From Eledone cirrhosa (taxonomy: Eukaryota), in contig OZ024757.1 in NCBI GenBank assembly GCA_964016885.1, positions 310,001-374,000 on the forward strand: a stretch of 64,000 nt of DNA, written 5' to 3'. Shown in pieces: positions 55,101 to 64,000 of this stretch; positions within the stretch are counted from its first letter, which is position 1; every line of letters begins with the position of its first letter. The notes under the pieces are model-generated. The model saw only the letters and a program-made list of their open reading frames with translations. It was not told where the DNA came from and did no database searches. Both the position numbers and the translations under genes were made by a program.

Positions 55101-58100
55101 TGACATTGGGGTGTATACAGTAGTTATTAGGGTGCGATAGTGACATTGGGTGATGACAGTAGCTACTAGGGTGAGATAGTGACATTGGGGTGAAGACAGT
55201 AGCTACTAGGGTGAGATAGTGACATTGGGGTGGAGACAATAGTTACTAGGGTGAGATAGTGACATTAGGGTACAGACAGTTGCTACTATGGTGAGATAGT
55301 GACATTGGGTTGAAGACAATAGCAACTAGGGTGAGATAGTGACATTGGGTGAAGACAATAGCTACTAGGGTGAGATACTGACATTGGGGTGAAGACAGTA
55401 GCTACTAGGGGTGAGATAGTGACATTGGGGTGAAGACAATAGCTACAAGGATGAGATAGTGACATTGCGGTGAAGACAGTAGCTACTTGGGTGAGGTAGT
55501 GATATTGGGGTGAAGACAGTAGCTACTAGGGTGAGATAGTGACATTAGGGTGAAGACATTAGCTACTAGAGTGATATAGTGAGATTGGGTTGCAGACAGT
55601 AGCTACTAGGGTGAGAAAGTGACATTGGGGTGAAGACAATAGCTACTAGGGTGAGATAGTGACATTGGGGTGAAGACAGTAGGTACTAGGGTGAGATATT
55701 GACATTGGGGTGCAGACAGTAGCTACTAGGGTGAGATAGTGACATTGGGGTGAAGACAGTAGCTACTAGGGTGACATAGTGACATTGGGGTGAAGACAGT
55801 AGCTACTAGGGTGCGATAGTGACATTGGGGTGAAGACAGTAGCTACTAGGGGGAGATAGTGACGTTGGGGTGGAGACAGTAGCTACTAGGGTGAGATAGT
55901 GACATTGGGGTGAAGACAGTAGCTACTAGGGTGGGATAGTGATATGGGGTGAAGACAATAGCTACAAGGGTGAGATAGTGACATTGGGTGAAGACAATAG
56001 CTACTAGGGTGAGAGAGTGACATTGGGGTAAGAGAGTAGCTACTAGGGTGAGATAGTGACATCGGGGTGAAGAGAGTAGCTACTAGGGAGAGATAGTGAC
56101 ATTGGGGTGAAGACAGTAGCTACTGGGTGAGATAGTGACATTGGGGTGAAGACAATAGCTATTTGGGTGAGATAGTGACATTAGGGTGAAGACAGTAGCT
56201 ACTAGGGTGACATAGTGACATTGGGGTGGAGACAGTAGCTACTAGGGTGAGATAGTGACATTAGAGTGAAGACAGTAGCTACTAGGGTGTGATAGTGACA
56301 TTGGGGTGAAGACAGTAGCTACTAGGGTGAGATAGTGACATTGGGGTGAAGACAGTAGCTACAAGGGTGAGATCGTGACATTGGGGTGAAGACAATAGCT
56401 ACTAGGGTGAGATAGTGATATTGGGGTGAAGACAGTAGCTACTAGGGTGAGATATTGACATCGGGGTGAAGACAGTAGCTACTAGGGTGAGATAGTTACA
56501 TTGGGTGAAGACAGTAGCTACTAGGGTGAGAGAGTGACATTGGTGTGAAGACATTAGCTACTTGGGTGAGATAGTGACATTAGGGTGAAGACAGAAGCTA
56601 CTAGGGTGAGATAGTGACATTGGGGTGAAGACAGTAGCTACAAGGGTGAGATCGTGATATTGGGTGAAGACAGTCGCTACTAGGATGAGATATTGACATT
56701 GGGGTGAATACAGTAGCTACTAGGGTGAGATAGTGACATTGGGGTGAAGACAGTAGCTACAAGGGTGAGATCGTGACATTGGGGTGAAGACAGTAGATAC
56801 TAGGGTAAGATAGTGACAGAGGGGTGAAGACAGTAGCTACTAGGGTGGGATAGGGACATTGGGGTGACAACAGTAGCTACTAGGGTGTGATAGTGACTTT
56901 AGGGTGAATACAATAGCTACTAGGGTGAGATAGTGACATTGGGGTGAAGACAGTAGATACTAGGGTGAGATAGTGACATTGGGGTGAAGACAATAGCTAC
57001 AAGGGTTAGATAGTGACATTGGGTGAAGACAATAGCTACTAGGGTGAGAGAGTGACATTGGTGTGAAGACATTAGCTACTTGGGTGAGATAGTGACATTA
57101 GGGTGAAGACAGTAGCTACTAGGGTGAGATAGTGACGTTGGGGTGAAGACAGTAGCTACAAGGGTGAGATCGTGACATTGGGGTGAAGACAGTAGCTACT
57201 AGGGTGAGATATTGACATTGGGGTGAAGACAGTAAATACTAGGGTGAGATAGTTACATTGGGGTGTAGACAGTAGCTACTAGGGTGAGATAGTGACATTG
57301 GGGTGAAGAGAGTAGCTACAAGGGTGAGATCGTGACATTGGGGTGAAGACAGTAGCTACTAGGGTGAGATATTGACATTGGGGTGAAGACAGTAGCTACT
57401 AGGGTGAGATATTGACATTGGGTGAAGAGAGTAGCTACTAGGATGAGATAGTGACATTGGGGTGAAGACAGTAGCTAATAGGGTGCGATAGTGACATTGG
57501 GTGAAGACAGTAGCTACTAGGGTGAGATAGTGACATTGGGGTGAAGACAGTAGCTACTAGGGTGAGATAGTGACATTGGGGTGAAGACAGGAGCTACTAG
57601 GGTGAGATAGTGACATTGGGGTGAAGACAGTAGCTACTAGGATGAGATAGTGACAATGGGGTTAAGACAATAGCTACAAGGGTTAGATAGTGACATTGGG
57701 TGAAGACAATAGCTACTAGGGTGAGAGAGTGACATTGGTGTGAAGACATTAGCTACTTGGGTGAGATAGTGACATTAGGGTGAAGACAGTAGCTACTAGG
57801 GTGAGATAGTGACGTTGGGGTGAAGACAGTAGCTACAAGGGTGAGATCGTGACATTGGGGTGAAGACAGTAGCTACTAGGGTGAGATATTGACATTGTGG
57901 TGAAGACAGTAGCTACTAGGTTGAGATAGTGACATTGGGGTGGAGACAGTAGCTACTAGGGTGAGATAGTGACATTGGGGTGAAGACAGTAGCTACAAGG
58001 GTGAGATCGTGACATTGGGGTGAAGACAGTAGCTACTAGGGTGAGATATTGACATTGGGGTGAAGACAGTATCTACTAGGATGAGATATTGACATTGGGT

Positions 58101-61100
58101 GAAGAGAGTAGCTACTAGGGTGAGATAGTGACATTGGGGTGAATACAGTAGCTACTAGGGTGCGATAGTGACATTGGGTGAAGACAGTAGCTATTAGGTG
58201 AGATAGTGACATTGGGGTGAAGACAGTAGCTACTAGGGTGAGATAGTGACATTGGGGTGGAGACAATAGTTACTAGGGTGAGATAGTGACATTAGGGTAC
58301 AGACAGTTGCTACTATGGTGAGATAGTGACATTGGGGTGAAGACAATAGCAACTAGGGTGAGATAGTGACATTGGGTGAAGACAATAGCTACTAGGGTGA
58401 GCTAGTGACATTGGGGTGAAGAAAATAGCAACTAGGGGTGAGATAGTGACATTGGGGTGAAGACAATAGCTACTAGGCTGAGATAGTGAAGTTGCGGTGA
58501 AGACAGTAGCTACTTGGGTGAGATAGTGATATTGGGGTGAAGACAGTAGCTACTAGGGTGAGATAGTGACATTAGGGTGAAGACATTAGCTACTAGAGTG
58601 ATATTGTGAAATTGGGTTGCAGACAGTAGCTACTAGGGTGAGAAAGTGACATTGGGGTGAAGACAATAGCTACTAGGGTGATATAGTGAGATTGGGTTGC
58701 AGACAGTAGCTACAAGGTTGAGATCGTGACATTGGGGTGAAGACAGTAGCTACTAGGGTGAGATATTGACATTGGGGTGAATACAGTAGCTACTAGGGTG
58801 AGATAGTGACATTGGTGTGAAGACAGTAGCTACAAGGGTGAGATCGTGACATTGGGGTGAAGACAGTAGATACTAGGGTAAGATAGTGACATTGTGGTGA
58901 AGATAGTAGCTACTAGGGTGAGATAGGGACATTGGGGTGACAACAGTAGCTACTAGGGTGAGATAGTGACATTAGGGTGAATACATTAGCTACTAGGGTA
59001 AGATAGTGACATTGGGGTGAAGACAGTAGCTACTAGGGTGAGAGAGTGACATTGGGGTGAAGACAATAGCTACAAGAGTTAGATAGTGACATTGGGTGAA
59101 GACAATAGCTACTAGGGTGAGAGAGTGACATTGATGTGAAGACATTCGCTACTTGGGTGAGATAGTGACATTGGGGTGAAGACAGTAGCTACTAGGGTGA
59201 GATAGTGACATTGGGTGAAGAGAGTAGCTACTAGGATGAGATAGTGACATTGGGGTGAAGACAGTAGCTAATAGGGTGCGATAGTGACATTGGGTGAAGA
59301 CAGTAGCTACTAGGGTGAGATAGTGACATTGGGGTGAAGACAGTAGCTACTAGGGTGAGATAGTGACATTGGGGTGAAGACAGGAGCTACTAGGGTGAGA
59401 TAGTGACATTGGGGTGAAGACAGTAGCTACTAGGATGAGATAGTGACAATGGGGTTAAGACAATAGCTACAAGGGTTAGATAGTGACATTGGGTGAAGAC
59501 AATAGCTACTAGGGTGAGAGAGTGACATTGGTGTGAAGACATTAGCTACTTGGGTGAGATAGTGACATTAGGGTGAAGACAGTAGCTACTAGGGTGAGAT
59601 AGTGACGTTGGGGTGAAGACAGTAGCTACAAGGGTGAGATCGTGACATTGGGGTGAAGACAGTAGCTACTAGGGTGAGATATTGACATTGTGGTGAAGAC
59701 AGTAGCTACTAGGTTGAGATAGTGACATTGGGGTGGAGACAGTAGCTACTAGGGTGAGATAGTGACATTGGGGTGAAGACAGTAGCTACTAGGGTGAGAT
59801 ATTGACATTGGGGTGAATACAGTAGCTACTAGGGTGAGATAGTGACATTGGGGTGAAGACAGTAGCTACAAGGGTGAGATCGTGACATTGGGGTGAAGAC
59901 AGTAGATACTAGGGTAAGATAGTGACATTGTGGTGAAGATAGTAGCTACTAGGGTGAGATAGGGACATTGGGGTGACAACAGTAGCTACTAGGGTGAGAT
60001 AGTGACATTAGGGTGAATACATTAGCTACTAGGGTAAGATAGTGACATTGGGGTGAAGACAGGAGCTACTAGGGTGAGATAGTGACATTGGGGTGAAGAC
60101 AGTAGCTACTAGGATGAGATAGTGACAATGGGGTTAAGACAATAGCTACAAGGGTTAGATAGTGACATTGGGTGAAGACAATAGCTACTAGGGTGAGAGA
60201 GTGACATTGGTGTGAAGACATTAGCTACTTGGGTGAGATAGTGACATTAGGGTGAAGACAGTAGCTACTAGGGTGAGATAGTGACGTTGGGGTGAAGACA
60301 GTAGCTACAAGGGTGAGATCGTGACATTGGGGTGAAGACAGTAGCTACTAGGGTGAGATATTGACATTGTGGTGAAGACAGTAGCTACTAGGTTGAGATA
60401 GTGACATTGGGGTGGAGACAGTAGCTACTAGGGTGAGATAGTGACATTGGGGTGAAGACAGTAGCTACAAGGGTGAGATCGTGACATTGGGGTGAAGACA
60501 GTAGCTACTAGGGTGAGATATTGACATTGGGGTGAAGACAGTATCTACTAGGATGAGATATTGACATTGGGTGAAGAGAGTAGCTACTAGGGTGAGATAG
60601 TGACATTGGGGTGAATACAGTAGCTACTAGGGTGCGATAGTGACATTGGGTGAAGACAGTAGCTATTAGGTGAGATAGTGACATTGGGGTGAAGACAGTA
60701 GCTACTAGGGTGAGATAGTGACATTGGGGTGGAGACAATAGTTACTAGGGTGAGATAGTGACATTAGGGTACAGACAGTTGCTACTATGGTGAGATAGTG
60801 ACATTGGGTGAAGACAATAGCAACTAGGGTGAGATAGTGACATTGGGTGAAGACAATAGCTACTAGGGTGAGCTAGTGACATTGGGGTGAAGAAAATAGC
60901 AACTAGGGGTGAGATAGTGACATTGGGGTGAAGACAATAGCTACTAGGCTGAGATAGTGAAGTTGCGGTGAAGACAGTAGCTACTTGGGTGAGATAGTGA
61001 TATTGGGGTGAAGACAGTAGCTACTAGGGTGAGATAGTGACATTAGGGTGAAGACATTAGCTACTAGAGTGATATTGTGAAATTGGGTTGCAGACAGTAG

Positions 61101-64000
61101 CTACTAGGGTGAGAAAGTGACATTGGGGTGAAGACAATAGCTACTAGGGTGATATAGTGAGATTGGGTTGCAGACAGTAGCTACAAGGTTGAGATCGTGA
61201 CATTGGGGTGAAGACAGTAGCTACTAGGGTGAGATATTGACATTGGGGTGAATACAGTAGCTACTAGGGTGAGATAGTGACATTGGGGTGAAGACAGTAG
61301 CTACAAGGGTGAGATCGTGACATTGGGGTGAAGACAGTAGATACTAGGGTAAGATAGTGACATTGTGGTGAAGATAGTAGCTACTAGGGTGAGATAGGGA
61401 CATTGGGGTGACAACAGTAGCTACTAGGGTGAGATAGTGACATTAGGGTGAATACATTAGCTACTAGGGTAAGATAGTGACATTGGGGTGAAGACAGTAG
61501 CTACTAGGGTGAGAGAGTGACATTGGGGTGAAGACAATAGCTACAAGAGTTAGATAGTGACATTGGGTGAAGACAATAGCTACTAGGGTGAGAGAGTGAC
61601 ATTGATGTGAAGACATTCGCTACTTGGGTGAGATAGTGACATTGGGGTGAAGACAGTAGCTACTAGGGTGAGATAGTGACATTGGGTGAAGAGAGTAGCT
61701 ACTAGGATGAGATAGTGACATTGGGGTGAAGACAGTAGCTAATAGGGTGCGATAGTGACATTGGGTGAAGACAGTAGCTACTAGGGTGAGATAGTGACAT
61801 TGGGGTGAAGACAGTAGCTACTAGGGTGAGATAGTGACATTGGGGTGAAGACAGGAGCTACTAGGGTGAGATAGTGACATTGGGGTGAAGACAGTAGCTA
61901 CTAGGATGAGATAGTGACAATGGGGTTAAGACAATAGCTACAAGGGTTAGATAGTGACATTGGGTGAAGACAATAGCTACTAGGGTGAGAGAGTGACATT
62001 GGTGTGAAGACATTAGCTACTTGGGTGAGATAGTGACATTAGGGTGAAGACAGTAGCTACTAGGGTGAGATAGTGACGTTGGGGTGAAGACAGTAGCTAC
62101 AAGGGTGAGATCGTGACATTGGGGTGAAGACAGTAGCTACTAGGGTGAGATATTGACATTGTGGTGAAGACAGTAGCTACTAGGTTGAGATAGTGACATT
62201 GGGGTGGAGACAGTAGCTACTAGGGTGAGATAGTGACATTGGGGTGAAGACAGTAGCTACAAGGGTGAGATCGTGACATTGGGGTGAAGACAGTAGCTAC
62301 TAGGGTGAGATATTGACATTGGGGTGAAGACAGTATCTACTAGGATGAGATATTGACATTGGGTGAAGCGAGTAGCTACTAGGGTGAGATAGTGACATTG
62401 GGGTGAATACAGTAGCTACTAGGGTGCGATAGTGACATTGGGTGAAGACAGTAGCTATTAGGTGAGATAGTGACATTGGGGTGAAGACAGTAGCTACTAG
62501 GGTGAGATAGTGACATTGGGGTGGAGACAATAGTTACTAGGGTGAGATAGTGACATTAGGGTACAGACAGTTGCTACTATGGTGAGATAGTGACATTGGG
62601 GTGAAGACAATAGCAACTAGGGTGAGATAGTGACATTGGGTGAAGACAATAGCTACTAGGGTGAGCTAGTGACATTGGGGTGAAGAAAATAGCAACTAGG
62701 GGTGAGATAGTGACATTGGGGTGAAGACAATAGCTACTAGGCTGAGATAGTGAAGTTGCGGTGAAGACAGTAGCTACTTGGGTGAGATAGTGATATTGGG
62801 GTGAAGACAGTAGCTACTAGGGTGAGATAGTGACATTAGGGTGAAGACATTAGCTACTAGAGTGATATTGTGAAATTGGGTTGCAGACAGTAGCTACTAG
62901 GGTGAGAAAGTGACATTGGGGTGAAGACAATAGCTACTAGGGTGATATAGTGAGATTGGGTTGCAGACAGTAGCTACAAGGTTGAGATCGTGACATTGGG
63001 GTGAAGACAGTAGCTACTAGGGTGAGATATTGACATTGGGGTGAATACAGTAGCTACTAGGGTGAGATAGTGACATTGGGGTGAAGACAGTAGCTACAAG
63101 GGTGAGATCGTGACATTGGGGTGAAGACAGTAGATACTAGGGTAAGATAGTGACATTGTGGTGAAGATAGTAGCTACTAGGGTGAGATAGGGACATTGGG
63201 GTGACAACAGTAGCTACTAGGGTGAGATAGTGACATTAGGGTGAATACATTAGCTACTAGGGTAAGATAGTGACATTGGGGTGAAGACAGTAGCTACTAG
63301 GGTGAGAGAGTGACATTGGGGTGAAGACAATAGCTACAAGAGTTAGATAGTGACATTGGGTGAAGACAATAGCTACTAGGGTGAGAGAGTGACATTGATG
63401 TGAAGACATTCGCTACTTGGGTGAGATAGTGACATTGGGGTGAAGACAGTAGCTACTAGGGTGAGATAGTGACATTGGGGTGAAGACAGTAGCTACAAGG
63501 GTGAGATCGTGACTTTGGGGTGGAGACAGTAGCTACTTGGGTGAGATAGTGACATTGGGGTGAAGGCAGTAGCTACAAGGGCGAGATAGTGACATTGGGG
63601 TGAAGACAGTAGCTACAAGGGTGAGATCGTGACATTGGGGTGACGACAGTAGCTACTAGGGTGAGATAGTGACATTGGGGTGAATACAGAGCTACTAGGG
63701 TGCGATAGTGACATTGGGTGAAGACAGTAGCTACTAGGGTGAGATAGTGACATTGGGGTGAAGACAGTAGCTACTAGGGTGAGATAGTGACATTGGGGTG
63801 GAGACAATAGTTACTAGGGTGAGATAGTGACATTAGGGTACAGACAGTTGCTACTATGGTGAGATAGTGACATTGGGGTGAAGACAATAGCAACTAGGGT
63901 GAGATAGTGACATTGGGTGAAGACAATAGCTACTAGGGTGAGATACTGACATTGGGGTGAAGACAGTAGCTACTAGGGGTGAGATAGTGACATTGGGGTG
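4162..64000 (+). repeat. 40-bp tandem satellite array, ~1,500 copies, open at the right edge, with higher-order repeat structure
   Basis: The consensus GTGACATTGGGGTGAAGACAGTAGCTACTAGGGTGAGATA repeats head to tail. Most monomers differ from it by 0-4 substitutions, with 38-, 39- and 41-bp length variants. I saw no inserted unique sequence or strand switch. Confidence 0.99.

Noticed and set aside
15592-63807. Minus-strand ORFs with MSLSHPSSYCLHP / QCHYLTLVATVFTP repeats
   Set aside because: These are translations of the 40-bp unit cycling through three frames. They stay open only where 39-bp or substituted monomers skip the TAG-TAG stops. There is no C2H2 spacing and no sign of codon-level constraint.
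4162-64000. CRISPR array or other repeat-spacer system
   Set aside because: There are no unique spacers (the whole unit repeats), no cas genes, and the context is eukaryotic.
4162-64000. True telomere tract or canonical G-quadruplex array
   Set aside because: TTAGGG is never tandem. The G-runs are separated by 15- and 18-nt loops, too long for canonical G4.

Overview
This is eukaryotic, non-genic DNA. It is probably from a cephalopod (octopus-like) genome, inferred from the SINE and the dense (TA)n microsatellites. Bases 1-~4160 are a patchwork of repeats: a frameshifted Penelope-like reverse-transcriptase fragment on the minus strand (its main reading frame is absent from the ORF track, probably because it runs off the window edge), many microsatellites, a 49-bp-arm foldback inserted in (TA)n, a tRNA-headed SINE duplicated with a 200-bp period, and a 17-bp hairpin. 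From 4162 to the window end (~60 kb, roughly 1,500 copies) is one head-to-tail 40-bp satellite, consensus GTGACATTGGGGTGAAGACAGTAGCTACTAGGGTGAGATA, with no interruption or inversion that I could see. The satellite is G-rich on the + strand, contains telomere-like hexamers and a 10-bp palindrome, and is built from recurring cassettes of variant monomers nested in higher-order duplications of 0.4-6.5 kb. The ORFs called inside the array are artefacts. No intact protein-coding gene, rRNA, tRNA or CRISPR array is supported. I found no convincing new biological system. The most interesting signal is the layered architecture of the satellite and its possible (sub)telomeric character. All offsets were counted by eye.
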